Positions 22,493 through 35,829 of a stretch of DNA of 64,000 bases are shown piece after piece (within the stretch, counting starts at the first letter, position 1; each line of letters opens with the position of its first letter). Source of the stretch: Gekko japonicus (lineage: Eukaryota); contig NW_015175363.1 in NCBI RefSeq assembly GCF_001447785.1, positions 730,896-794,895 of the forward strand, given 5' to 3'. The notes beneath the pieces are model-generated. The model was given only the letters and a program-made list of their open reading frames with translations. It ran no database searches and had not been told where the DNA came from. The translations under genes and the position numbers were made by a program.

Positions 22493-24959
22493 TAACAACT
22501 AGACTTGTTGTCCGAATGTAAGACTTGTTAGCCTGTGTGCTGTTGAAGCTGTATTGGATTAAGACCTCTGTGCTGTTGAAGCTGTATTGGATAAGATTGA
22601 TATCATTATTGAATATAATAAGACCACCAGAGATTCGAATTTTGGTTGATAAAGAGTTCCATCGAAACGAACAACCACTCGAGATGTTCGTACTTCTTGT
22701 TCTTGTTGATGTCATCTTCTGTGGGTGACTCCTGTGTTTTGAAACAACAAAAAGAATTAAACATCACAAAGCATCACTGTTACCAAGTTTATTATTGTCT
22801 ATTTACTGTAATTTGTGAACCTTGCAACAGGCAACTGAGACTGGATGCAGCAAGGATCTGGGTATCATGAGCACTGCCTGGGGAACTTGACCACGAAGTA
22901 CATAAAGATTACCCTGGTGGTCCCAGGAGATCTGAACATTCAGGCTGTAGAAGTGTGGCAATTATGGTATACCACTGCAGCTCCTCCCAGGGGTGATGGG
23001 GGCTATGTGGGTTTAGTCAATGTCCCCCACCACATTAGGAAGCCTCTGAATGATGCAAACCCTGCCCTAATAGGTGCAAGGTCACCTTCTCCAGTGGGGA
23101 AGCACACATGCTCCTTGAGGTGTATCAGTATGGCATCCAGAAAGATGTATAGGCAGTGGGTACTGTTCCTGAAGGTGGTGGGCAGAGAGAGCCACAGTCA
23201 TCCATGTGGTGGGTACCCCCCCAGTGCAACCTACTCCCTCTTTGAATGGCTTATTTATTTATCTATTTAATGTATACCCCGCCCTACCCCCAAAAATGGG
23301 CTCAGGGCGGCTTACAACATAAAACCATGAAACAATAAAGCAATAGATGGCAGCAACAGATGATGACAAAAACCCATGCCTCATGTCAGGCAGGAATAGT
23401 TACCTAAGAAACTCCAGTGCACAAGTATGCCTCGTGTCAGGCAGGAATAGTTACCTAAGAGTTACCTCCAGTGCACAAGTGTTATCCAGAACAGTAGGGC
23501 ACTGGGAAAGGGGTCATGGACGGGGAGGCTTATTGCCCATATCCTGCAGCCATCTTCTGGTGGGTGAATGCCATGGTGTAAGCATGGGGGGGGTGAGGCA
23601 AGGTGATGGGACTGGCATCTTCACATCGTAGGATGGCCTGCCTTCACATTCCCCTGTATGGTGGTGACATGGCCACTGCAACATCTGGCAGGGACAGCCA
23701 TCACCAGCCAAGCTGGACTGAGACTGAGAAGGCACTGATGTATACGTTGGTGGTGGAGCATGCAAGACTTGCTCTTACAACCTCCAGGAGTAGCTCTGCC
23801 ACCTCCCACGAATCGCAGTGTCACAGCTGTGCTGTGTCCGGCCACCGTAGCACAGGGACAACACGGGATTGCTCTGCCCTTAAGTACATTGGTTTAGTGG
23901 ATGGACAGCTGTGATTAGGTTCTTCTTTTAGATTTCATAGGTAATGTTTGTCTTGAACTTTTTGGATGAGGATATTTACAATGTTACACTCCTGTCTGTA
24001 AAGAGATAAATCAATCTATCTCTGGCACTTTCTGTCTACAGAGGGTATCTAGTAGCTCAGTCACTGAAATGTGTTTTGGGCATCCTCGAATTTCCTGAAG
24101 GTCTTTGAGGCTGAGATACAGGCTAAACTCTTGAGTGGCAAAACGGAGTTTAACTCCAAGGCATGTTTTGCTAACTGAAGGTGTCATGCAGTTTTCTTCT
24201 AGTTGGGATAACTATTTTGAGTCGATATTTCTTTATCAGCTTTTAAGTCCTTGGCTTTTGTTGAATTATATATGTAGATAGGAACAGTTAAGAGACATAT
24301 TTGGATATCTGTGTAGAAGCAGTCATTTTTTTACATCCTAGTTCCTGTCATCCAGGTTCAAATGTTCTCTCTGCCTCATACTCACTAGGCAGCCTTAGAC
24401 AACTCTCTTTCTCACCTCCAGTGTGCCTATTTGCTATATGGGGGTAATGCTGGTCTAACTTGCAAAGTCAGCTGTCAGGATTATAAAAAGATGCTGTATG
24501 TGAAGTGTTTTCAGTGCCAAGAATACTGTATAAATACTATTATCTTTTGGAGGTAGTTCAGGTACTCATTTGGATATATGTTGATGCTACTGAGTCACTA
24601 AAAATTAGCTATTATTCAACTAAATGAAACCTGGGCATCTGCTGTAAAAATACTTTGTAGAAATAATATAAGGCATAAATACATTTTTGAATTTACTATT
24701 TTGGCAGAATGACAGAATTTTATGACAATAATTTTTAAGGCAATTATTGAGTTTGCATGCATGGAATTCAACCAAGTTTCACATTACCCAGAAATCTTGT
24801 GTGTGTTTTATACAGAGACTGTGTTTCATAGTCTCCTGGTTTTTAATTTTTTGGGAGAGTATGTTTTTATGCAGATCAGATCTTCTTAATTTCTATCCCA
24901 AGAGTCAATGATATGCTGACGATTTCTCTTCTCAGTCCCTCATTTCTTTATTTCCCTAG

Positions 24960-25131
24960 GCCCTTGTTGGTGATAAGACTCTGGCATTTTGGCTGATGGA
25001 TGCAGAGATGTATACCTATATGAGTATTATCTCACCTCTCACTCCAGTTATTGATCGAGGAATACAGCTTCATAAAATGATTCGCCTCATTACTCATGCA
25101 CTTGGAGGAGAGGGATATCTTAACTTCATGG
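24960..25131 (+). CDS. GBE1: GBE1 exon equivalent to human exon 12 ([58 protein letters not shown])
   Basis: Polypyrimidine tract plus tag acceptor, gtgagt donor; 172 nt. Confidence 0.97.
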
Positions 25132-26164
25132 GTGAGTGATTCTGGATTTCACCATTAGTTCTCTGCTGTGGAATTCATAATGAAATGAACTGGTCTTCCA
25201 ACATTCAGCTCTTGAGCTTTATCATCATACTGAAAAGGTAACTTTGGAAAGATTTGTGTTTTTTTCCTTCCATCTGTCATTTCATTGTTAGACAGCAAAG
25301 TTTATTTAGCTTTTTCCTCTGAGCGTGCGTCAGTTCAGGTTACCACAGGAAAATTTCACATCCATAATATATCATTTGTCTTACTATGCCAGTTGGTCAG
25401 CAGAAGGCAGCACCAAAGGCAAACATGGAAAATTATCCTGCATAAGCGCCACTAAAATGAATAATACGAATGCTAAGTTGTGAAATTCCCATTCACTTCA
25501 GTGGGATTTATCAAAAAGGTCCACTGTCTCCTTGCAGTTTTTGCTTCCTCTCTTTGTTTTTGTGTAGATTTTTGAAGTTATTTTTTCCCCAAATATATAT
25601 TGACAGGACGGGGATTCATGAAGATTCCCAGGGGACAAAAAGTCTGATTTCATCTTTGTGGCTTCTGTGTAGTCCCACATGGGACTGTATGATTGCAGGC
25701 CAGCCATGGAGAGGAGCTTCCAAGCTATTTTGAAGAAACTTCTAGGCTCTCCTCCCCTCTGTCTATAAAGATCCCTTTTCCTGCCCAAAAGGTCATGTGA
25801 TAGGCGCGGTGCTAGCACTCCTTCCCTCAGTTCTCTTTTTGCCACCGTGAGGACGTGTTTCAGTATAGCTACTTCATGGAGCCTCAGGAAAGAGAAAGAT
25901 GAAGTTTTCCACAGAGTCTTCCGAAGAACTTCACTTACATAGCAGTAGGATGGCTCTTTTTAAGAAATGTGCGGAGAACGGTGCAAAAATGGCCTGGAAT
26001 GATGATTATTCCTTGTGTCTCCTACGTCTTGGAGAGGGCTGCAGTACAGCCACGTGCCCAGTGCACAACGGAAGAGCAGTGAGACTCAAAGCCACACTTT
26101 GGGGGAAGGCCCTGGGTGTCCTGGACCCCTACAGGGAAAACCGAACCCAGATGGATAAGGGCAT

Positions 26165-26302
26165 GAAGGCCCATTCAGTGTAGTCTGTCTGGCAGCAGCT
26201 CTCCAGGGTCTCATGTACATTAGCTACTACCTAGAGATGCTGGAAATTGAACATGGGACCTTCTATATGCCAAGCAGATGTTCTATGACTGAGCCACCCA
26301 GC
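26165..26302 (-). mobile_element. tRNA-derived SINE fragment (Squam2-like)
   Basis: Reverse complement reads GTGGCTCAGTCATAGAACATCTGCTTGGCATATAGAAGGTCCCATGTTCAATTTCCAGCATCTC, a tRNA-like head with A and B boxes. Confidence 0.6.
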
Positions 26303-26423
26303 CTAATTTTTTTTCCAAATGTTTAGTTGGAAAACTGAAGCTTGATCACAATATATCTATGAATAATTACTTATTAAACAGGCATTTATGCATATAAAAT
26401 GCTGCTTCTGAATGACTGACTAT

Positions 26424-26782
26424 GGCCCCGGTCACACGGGCCGGATATCGTGGAGGGGAGGCGTTGCTAATTGCCCCGGCGCAGTTTGATCCGCGATTAC
26501 GCGATCAGACGCGCTGGCGGCACACCACGGGTCCTTCCCCCGGCGCCGGCGGGTAAATGAGGGACTGGAGGGAAATGCTGGCGCGATCACACCACGGGAG
26601 TCTGGAGGCAGCCCGTGGCAAACGTTTACTAGTACTTTGGAGGTACTAGTTTTTTAATGTGCATTTTTGGCGGTAAGCCACGGGTGCACTCCACTTCCCA
26701 CATGTTGGGGTGTGATCGCGCCGGGATAATCCACCCACCATCCGTGCCTCTCCCACAGCAACTTTGCCGTGTGACTGGGGCC
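26424..26782. mobile_element. MITE, PIF/Harbinger-like
   Basis: TIRs GGCCCCGGTCACACGG and CCGTGTGACTGGGGCC, 3-bp TAT duplication on both sides, CpG-rich interior. Confidence 0.8.
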
Positions 26783-28431
26783 TATAATTAATATTTAAAC
26801 GGTATTTTTGTTGTTGTTATTGTTTTTGTTTTGTTTTTTGCTGTTCTAGACTGTGATAGTCTCAAGATGGCCATATACTGGACAGGGCACCATAGAATGG
26901 GCATCAACATGGTGAAACTAGTTGTTTCGTTCTCTGGGATCTATATTCTGTGGACCTTGATGAATATTCTTGTTGTCTTTGACTGTTTGGGAGGCAAGAA
27001 GAGGCAGGTTGCTTGAGCACATAATAAACCTGAAGAACAAATTTTTTCAACCAAAGAAAGTGTTTCCCCAATCCCATAATGAAAATGTGTTTTTGAAAAG
27101 TTGTTGAACAAAGCAGGGTTAACCATGGATTTGGGGGAGGGCTTCTACTTTTTAGTACATAAACATATATATTAAGCTGAAGATAGATATGACCAGCCCC
27201 ATTGTGGTTCAGCTGCTGGAAGCTAGATCATTTTCCCTCGTGTGTAGTGTTAAAGCAGTATGATAAATGGTATACTTTGCAGTGTAACAGATCTTTAGGA
27301 AGAAATGTTTAGCAATAGGAGTTCTAATGAATAATTTCATTCCCTCTGTACCTTGCAATAGCAGAAAATGCAACAGATTCATGCTGGGACTCGTTTCCTT
27401 TGAAATCAATTGATTTTTAGTCTTACCACATTTGAAATAAAAGGGACTGGAATTTTGCTGTCTGAACAGATTATTAAAGAGCTGGAAAAGACTGTAGTAT
27501 AAAGGGTTTTACCCTAACGTTTTTTTTTTGGGGGGGGGAATAGCGAATAGAAACTCTGATTATATATTTGTAATGCTCACTGTAAGAGGTATTGAAATTA
27601 GTTTTTCAGTATACACACTAGAATATAGTAAATCAAGAATTCTAAGGGAGATTCTGTAATCCTTTTTAGCCCTGGTGAAAAACCCAATCAATCCATGACT
27701 TTCTTATTCTGAACCACTGATGGAAAAGATGTATCCCAAAATTAGAGAATGAGGGTTGTTCCACAGCGAGGCTTTTCCCTGCAATCAGATCATTGCTGTT
27801 CTATCATTAGTTGCATCCAAATTACACTATGACAGCATATCACTACCAGTTTGCCTACCAATTTTTTTTCTCTCCTGCAAAAGTGAATAGTGTAGTCATG
27901 GATTCCTTGGAGCTTATACAGTTTTTTGAGTGTATATTTGTAGTTATTGCTGGCTGATTTGGATTCAGTTAGGAATATTATCAAGTAGTACAAGGCTAGT
28001 AGGAAGGGGGGGGGGGCAGAGCACTGTTCACTTTAATAAACCAGTGGCTTTGCTGCTGAATAGTCTCCTCTCCTCAAATGTCAAGGTGATACAAGACCTC
28101 CTTGTGTCACCATGAGACACCTCAAGTAGTGCCATTCTCAGGAGACATCACACAGTAATATTAAGATGAGTCCAGCTAGTCTGCTGAGCAACATTTGAAG
28201 CCTTGGAATAAGACCCACTTATGTTTGAGAAAAACTCAGTAGGCTGAGCTTTGCAGTTCAGAGGTTGACAGCCAGTGGCACGGGTCTTTACTGGGTCCTC
28301 TTTGAGAACACACATACAACCTGTGCTCTACAACTGCACTGGCTTCTGTAGATTGTAGATTCTGTAGATTCTGTACATTGTATCTACAGGGCTGCCTCTC
28401 CCTATATACCCTTCAGAGCGCATTGTGATCA

Positions 28432-28700
28432 TCTAGTTTGGTGTAGTGGTTAAGTGCGTGAACTCTAATCTGGGAGAACCGGGTTTGTTTCCCCACTCCT
28501 CCACTTGCACCTGGCTGGATGACCTTGGGCAAGCCATAATTCTGGCACAGCTGTTCTTGAAAAAGAGCAGTTTCTGTCACTCAGCCCCACCTACCTCACA
28601 GGGTGTCTGTTGTGGGGAGGGGAAGGGAAAGGAGTTTGTAAGCCGCTCTGAGACACCTTTGGGTAGTGAAGGGCGGGGTATAAATCCAATCTTCTTCTTC
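28432..28700 (+). mobile_element. tRNA-derived squamate SINE (Squam3-like), near full length
   Basis: Head TTTGGTGTAGTGGTTAAG...GAACCGGGTTTGTTTCCCCACTCCTCC; tail GGGCGGGGTATAAATCCAATCTTCTTCTTC. Confidence 0.82.
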
Positions 28701-28704
28701 TAGT

Positions 28705-29100
28705 AACAACCTATTGGTGATCTCTGGCTCCAGAGCAGTCCTGCTGTCCTCTACCAAGACCAGGCCTTTTCGGCTCTGGCCCCCATCCTGGTGGAACTGT
28801 CTAGTGAGTCTTGCGCCCTGCAGGACTTGGTTCAGTTCCATAGGGCCTGTAAGACCGACATGTTCCACTGGTGTGTGGTTGAGGACAGATCAGCTGCCCT
28901 GCCTCCCTTTTATGCTCTCAGTGCTGGCTGCCTCCCGTTATCCACCTGTGGTGGATTTTTGGGGTGTCATCTGAGATAGTAGACTGATTGTTCGGTTTTA
29001 AGTTGTAGTATATAGATTTTAAAATTGTAATATGCTGATTTTATTGTATATTTTAACTATTGGAAGCCACCCTGAGCCCTGCTTGGCAGGGGAAGGAGTG
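28705..29100 (+). mobile_element. L2 LINE 3' end
   Basis: GGCCTTTTCGGCTCTGGCCCCATCCTGGTGGAAC...TAAGACCGACATGTTCC corresponds to RAFSxxAPxxWN...KTxLF, followed by a GCCACCCTGAG tail. Confidence 0.7.
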
Positions 29101-29733
29101 GGATTTATTTATTTATTTATTTATTTTTAGCTACATTGAAGTCTAAATCCAAAAGCACTTGAAAAAATCATTACTGAATTTATTCGAAATAAATATATAT
29201 CAACTAAAGACTCTTGTTATGAGGATACTGATAGGAGCTATATTGTTATATACGGTGCAGAGTTTGTAATACTGGAGTACTTTATACTGTTTTATATTCA
29301 GAAGCATAACCAAGAAGCATAGGCCAGATTGTTTGGGAGTAAATCCTTCTCAGTCATATATTGAAGGAAGGAGTGGGATTTAAGATGAATAAATAAATAA
29401 ATAATCGTGGAGTAAAGCTTACTAGATATGATGGAATCTCTAGAAAGCACTGCCAAATTACTTATAGTTCCAAATCCAAACAAGAACATGTTAATGGAAG
29501 GATTTCTGCAAAATATTATAGGTAGGTTGTGTTCTAGTTTCTTAATGCTTAATCCAGTTTCTTAACCCTTAATCACCCTGTCTTTCCTGGTATTGTGGAG
29601 AAAGCAGTGATATATTCTGCCAAGTTGATCCAAGCTTAGACTGTTGTAACATGGCTTCCATTTTAAAGATATATATTATTTATTATTATCATTAAAATCA
29701 CATCTTAGCATATATGTAGATCTATACTCTTTA

Positions 29734-29926
29734 GTAGTCGTTCAGCGGTTCAAGACCCGGGTGCCGCAAGACAGGGTGAGCTCCCGTCTCTAGTTCCAGC
29801 TCCTGCCAACCTAGCAGTTCGAAAGCAAGAAATTGCAAGTAGATAAATAGGGACCACTTCGGTGGGAAGGTAACAGCGTTCCGGGATTCGACTGGCTTTC
29901 GAGCAAGGGAACCTTTACCTTTACCT
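29734..29926 (+). mobile_element. Sauria SINE with an internal deletion
   Basis: CCTGCCAACCTAGCAGTTCGAAAGC core and (ACCTTT)n tail. 11-bp TSD TATACTCTTTA at 29723-29733 and 29927-29937. Confidence 0.88.
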
Positions 29927-30814
29927 TATACTCTTTACATTGTTATAAAGACGAAAATATGACTGATCTATGTTTAACATTACTCTCTCTCAGTGATCTG
30001 TTATGTTTAACATTACTCGCTCTCAGTGATCCATCCATGGTTTGCTGGGTATGTGACAACAACCTTTTGACACTAATCATGAAAAGCCTCCTGCATGGCT
30101 TACAGTAGGAATGCACTGCTAGTCTCCCAACTTAGGCAGCTGGACAACCATAATTCAGACCATGGCCAAACATCCAATAAGCATCCTCCAGCTGTTTCCT
30201 CTAGCCAACATTGCTTCCATCTTGCCTACTTTGGGCAAAATTTAATTTATTTCTTTCCAGGAGGTGAATTTGAACATGGACAGAGAATAAGCACGGTGAT
30301 TTATTCTAATTTGACAANNNNNNNNNNNNNNNNNNNNNNNNNNNNNNNNNNNNNNNNNNNNNNNNNNNNNNNNNNNNNNNNNNNNNNNNNNNNNNNNNNN
30401 NNNNNNNNNNNNNNNNNNNNNNNNNNNNNNNNNNNNNNNNNNNNNNNNNNNNNACCCCACAAGCTGGTTCTGGGCAATTTACAGCATTAAAACAGATAAA
30501 ATACAACCATCATGATAAAACTATTATAGTGCACTAATAAAACAACCAATCCAAATGGTGATCTACCTAAAGAAATAGCTTTATTAACATTTTGATTTCA
30601 TCTGAGACCTCACCAAATGTCCACTCCGATTTCTTAGAAGTATTCCTACATGTTAATTATATACTGTTTGAAGTACTTTTTTCCCACCCATTCATTCTCT
30701 GCACAGTATACAGTAGTACTGATTTGTGTGTGAGAGTAATATGCCTTCTTTCCTCCTCATTTTGTATAAATCAAAAAACCCAGTGATCATAGTAGTGTGG
30801 GACCCTAGTCTGCT

Positions 30815-31435
30815 TCTTTTCAGTTCCATGTAGAGCACATTGCAGCAATCTAATCTAGATGTAACCTAGGTTATGCACCACCCTTTTTTCCTGCCTAGGA
30901 AAGATTGCAGCTGGATTACCAGTCAAAGCTTATAGAAGGCACTCCTGGACACAGCTGCCACCTGTTTATCTGGGAGTAGACCTGGGTCCAAGAGCAACCC
31001 CAGGCTATGGAGCTGTTCCTTCAAGGCGAGCACAACCCATCCAGAACATGTGACACTTTAAATACCAGGTCAGACCTTCCACCCGTCAGTAGCACTTCCA
31101 CCTTGACAGGATTAAATTCAGTCTAGTAGCCCTCATCCACTCCAACACTGCAGGATTTCTACAGTCTCTCTGGGAACAGCTGGGAGAAGGAGGCAAAGCT
31201 GAATGTCATCTGTATATTTGTGACAACCCAGCCCAAATCTCGGGATGTCTTAACTCAGTGGTTTCATGTAGGTGTTAAAGAGTGTGTGGGACAAGATGGA
31301 ACCTTGTGGGGTCCCTGTAGGCCAAATCCCTTGGACCACATTATGAAATCTATCCACCAGGTAGGACCAGAATCATCACAATCCCCATGCCAGCTCAGAA
31401 GGGTAGTCCAGAAGGAGTTGCTGAAAGGTCCAGCA
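30815..31435 (-). mobile_element. L2 LINE RT fragment, degraded
   Basis: GTAGAGCACATTGCAGCAATCTAATCTAGATG (reverse of SRLDYCNAL-like) and GTCATCTGTATATT (YADD-like). Confidence 0.65.
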
Positions 31436-32592
31436 GTTTACAGTTAGTAGTTTTGAATTAGCCCATTTTATTATAGACCAGGTCAGTTTGTTCGATGAGT
31501 AATCTGCCATGACTCCAACTTCTTCAGACAGCAGGTAGTTGCTTCTTCACAGAAAAATAAAAATTTCCTGTATACAGTACTTTCCAAGAGAAGGCTAAGC
31601 TAGAATCCTTTCCAGTTCTCTCTGTGTATGGATTTATTTATTTATTTGTTCATTAGCTTCATTTGATAAAATCCTCTTTCAGTGTGAAGCGATGCTGCCA
31701 AGACACATTTGCCACTTCACTGAGGACTCAGCCCTAACTGTTCAAGTTAAATCTCACTGCTTCTGATGGGACACCCTACAATTTACTTTCTGTCTACAGA
31801 GAGGAAAAAATAACTGCAGTACAGATCTTCCATATTGTACTTTGTATATCATATATAGGGTTGAAAGTCTGTTGAGCAGTCTTGCATTTGACTGAGTAGA
31901 TTTGCCAAGTAGTTGAGTTATTTGTGGAAGGGAACATAGAGAAACTGCTAACGTTGTTAAACTCGAGGGGACATATTTAGTTTTTCTTCTCACCCACTTT
32001 AGTGACAGTTTAGGAGATTTTAAACCATGATTTAGTAACTTCCCAAATAACTGTGGGGAAACAAAAAATAGATAATGGCTTTATTTTCTAATTCATTACC
32101 TTGTTAATCTTCCCCTGCTTGCCTTATTCACTGGTAGTTTCGTTTTCTGTCCAGTATTAAAATATCTTACTGGGGTTATGAAAATGGAAATCATTATCCA
32201 TGCTAATTTTCCCCATGAATTACTGCAATAAAAGGTGTTGTGAATTATGGTAGAAAATTTATTTTTGAAGGAGTCTCTTTTTGTGAATCTGATGCTGAAG
32301 AATGTGACACTTGTTTTTATTTAAGCAATTGAAATCCTAAATAGATTTAGTTTTACACTGGGATACAAATATTTGCATTCATACAAGTTTATCACAATGT
32401 GTTATTCGTTACTATTAGGGCTGGTGTCAGGAGTCAGTTGTACAGGCAGTTTCTGAGGCCTCAGGATGATCAACGCCCAACCTGCCACCTCATAACACCA
32501 GCCTAAACTGCTGCTGTTTCTGTTTACTTTTTCTGAATTTACAGTTTCAGAAAAGAAGCAAAACAAGGGGGGGGGGAGCCAGGCATTGTTAC

Positions 32593-35500
32593 TATGGGTG
32601 TGCAAGAATACCCCTGATTCAGGTATATTAAACCCAGAAAATAGCGATAATTTACCAATATTCCTGGATACCAGTTTCAGTATGGTATTCAGATTCAGTA
32701 ATATTTGGGAATCCCAATTTGGTTGGGGGGTATGTTATACCCTATGGGGACCATTAAAGTCAATGTCAAGTCTATCCTGGGGTATAGTCAGGGGTCTGTG
32801 GAGCATTGAAGTAGAGGCATCAAATCTGCAGTGTAGCTGCTGGAGCTTCTCCAGAAAAGAGCCCCCAAGTTTCAAAAAGATTGGACCAGGGGGTCCAATT
32901 CTATGGGCACCCAAAGAAGGTGCCCCCCATCCTCCATTGTTTCCAATGGGGAGGGGGATTGGCAAGGCAATACAAGCCCAGCATAGTGTTCCAGAGAATC
33001 TCTGCAACAGAAAGTGGAGGGGGGGTTGCAAGTCCAGCAGCAGAACCATCACAGTGTGCCCAGCAGAACCAGTGCCACTGTGGCAGTGCCAAAAACCCAA
33101 CAGAACTAAGGCCAAATCTTAGACTCTCTGAAGTAGAAGCTTGGGGGGGGGAGCATTTCTGCAAGGACAGCAGAGCCAGTGTAATGTACTAGTGCCCAGC
33201 AGCAGAATGCAGTGCCAACCTACTAGTGGCCAGCAGCAGAACCCATTGCCATTGTGGCAAATGCCAGCTCAACAGGACTGATATCAAGCAGAGAATCATA
33301 ATCCAAATGAGAGGGAGGGGGATTGCAAGGACAGCAGAACCAGTGCAATAGTGCCCCGCAGCATAACCCAGTACCAGCATGGCAGCAGTGCAAATGCAAC
33401 AGAATTAACCAATGTCACACCAGAGAATTCCAACAGGGCTTTAAAAAAATAGACAGAAGCAAGGGCCATAGAAGCTCGGCAGAACATTCAAAAGTGCAGG
33501 GTGGGCAGGAACTATTGCTACCCAACTGAACCAAGGCCAGCCCTATACACAGAACCCACTGATATTTTGTTTTGTTCCAAGGTTCCCTTGAGCTGTGTGG
33601 ATTATGGGGATGACTAGAACCAGACTTGCTGTGTCAGGCGAGAGCATCTCTATGTAGTTCTTAAAGGGCCCAAGAACTTCCACAGTCTGAGAGATGGTAA
33701 ACCATTCCTCATGGGTGACCCAGCTCTCTTCCAGAATGACCCTGGTCTCAGAGATCAGGGCAGTCAGGGCTCTCCTACTCCACGGAGTGCTCAAGCATGG
33801 CATAGGTGGAGTTCCAGTGAGTGCTCACATCACCGATCAGGAGGTGATGCCTGTCATGCCTGTCAGTAGTTTCTCATGCAGTCGATGGGTATCTTTTGTA
33901 CTGCAAGATAAGTGACTCGTGATGTGATTGCATTTTGAGAGGAGATGCCTGAACTCACAGGTCTCAGCATCCAGACTAGGACTCAGCAGGGCTGTTATAA
34001 GCCTTTATTACGGTCATAGACCAGTATAATAGAAGACCAATAAGTACAGATAAGGAAGCAATAAAATTATAAAATATTATGGCATCTAAAAAATTTAAAA
34101 TACAGACATGATAAAATCAATTTTAAGATCAAAAATTAGATTTAGGCCTATCTGTACTTTATTTCTTTCCTAGTTTGGTATGCCAACCAACCAAATTTTG
34201 CAACCATCCTAGTCAGCTTTTGGTTATCCCCTGCCAGCATAGTTGACAAAAGTATGCTTCTATTATGACCTGGAAAGGAGTTAACTATAGGCTTGATCAA
34301 AACTTCCCTAATATTTTGATATATAATACAGTCAAAAATTACATGTTCCAATGTTTCGTCAGTTCCCAAACCACATATACAACTTTTCCTCTGTGATCTA
34401 GTATATCTGGCCTCCATTATGGCTGAGGGTAAGGCGTTGTATCTTAATAGAGTAAAAATTCTTCTATGGTTGCAAATTTCTAAATATTTGATGTAAGATC
34501 TCAAAGTTATCTTGTTAAGTGTACTTACATCAAATACAGGGCTCCTAATCCTGCTCACGTCCATCTGTCGTTCAACATCTAGTATTCTTTGTTTTAAAAC
34601 TGATCTAGCCTGCTCATGTCCCAAAGACAGAATAAATTGTTTTGAAAAACCATAACAGACCAGTTTATCTTCTATCTGTTTCCGCCATAAAGGAACAAAG
34701 TTGTCTTGCATCATAGTATGGGAAAGGCCAGTGGATAAGAAAATCAGTTTTAACCAATAATGAAATGCAGCAATCCACAATCTTGCCTCCACCGTGACCA
34801 GGCCAGCCTCTAAGCGGATTGCAGCGTTTGAAACACTTGTTGGGAGTTGAAAAATAGCTCTTAAAAATTTCGATTGCGTTCTTTCAAGTAGGGTCAAATT
34901 TGCCAGGAGGGACAAAGGAGCTCCATATAATAATTGGGGTAAAACTTTTATAGTAAATAACTTAATGGCAGCTTCTAGGACTCTGCAGAACCCAGCCCCA
35001 AGGCATCCTTAACCACCAGATGGAGAAGGCGGACCATGTAGTAAATGTGCCTGAGACCCAATGCTTGTGTCGCTGCCCTCATGTTCAAGCCACCATCAGT
35101 CACTATGAAGCCCATGTAGAGGTCCCTGTCTACACATGCTGCTGTTTCCTGATGGTGGCTGAAATGTTGTCCGCCATGTGCAGCCCATTGATTACCTCGT
35201 CTGAAGCAGAGCCTGGTAATAACTGGCCTGGTGGCCCTACCCCATCCAAACACTAGTAATTTCCCCACTCCCACTCACAATGACACTGGGTTTCTACCAG
35301 TGCACAGTCAGCAAGAAATATGTGTTGTACACCTGTGCAGAGGTCCAGATGTTGGACATGAAGTGCACAGCTCTCCTGCAAGCACAGGACCTTCATGTTG
35401 TCCCTGGCAGCCCTGTATAATGAGGGCAACATGGCCCTGCTCAGCGTGGTGTGAGCAGGGGGCATGTAGGAGCAGCATCCAGAAAGCAGCACCTTTGACC

Positions 35501-35814
35501 AGGGAGAAGGGCAGTCTGTCTACAGTAACTATTTTGCCAATGAGGTTGCTATCCCCCGCGGCACCGTAGTGCCAACCTCACCAAGCATCTCTATCCGAAA
35601 GAGAAAAATAAGTTTAAACCTCTCCCCCAGCTGCTGTTCAGTAATGCTGTTCAGTAAAGTTCAATAAAGCCAAATAATTTCAGCTTTTCGGTATCAATAA
35701 TACCGGTAGCCAAAAAGATTCTCTACTTAGTATTCAGCTTTGAAAGACCAAAAAAATACCAGTAAGGTGTTTTGGAGGGGGGTTCGGCTCAGATAAACCG
35801 AATGCATACCCCTA
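32593..35814 (-). mobile_element. hAT DNA transposon with degenerate transposase (ZBED1/Ac-like)
   Basis: TIRs TATGGGTGTGCA and TGCATACCCCTA; 8-bp TSD ATTGTTAC/ATTGTGAC. Minus-strand remnants FIVTDGGLNMRAA...LLHLVVKDAL and EEWFTISQTVEVLGPF...SLVLVIPII. Confidence 0.85.
33990..34974 (-). mobile_element. 5'-truncated non-LTR retrotransposon (RTE-X-like, clade uncertain) nested in the hAT
   Basis: 255-aa open ORF2 C-terminus with C-x-C...H-x4-C knuckle (CICGLGTDETLEHVIFDC). 3' end GGTCTATGACCGTAATAAAG. TSD CTAGGACTC(A/T)GCAG at 33976-33989 and 34975-34988. Confidence 0.85.
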
Positions 35815-35829
35815 ATTGTGACTACTGAG

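Noticed and set aside
24075-24100. TTTGGGCATCCTCGAATTTCC resembling GBE1 exon 13 (FGHPE)
   Set aside because: It lies upstream of exon 12, the frame does not continue as WLDFPR, and it lacks splice context.
28432-28505. tRNA gene
   Set aside because: It is a tRNA-derived SINE head continuing into the SINE body, with no complete cloverleaf.
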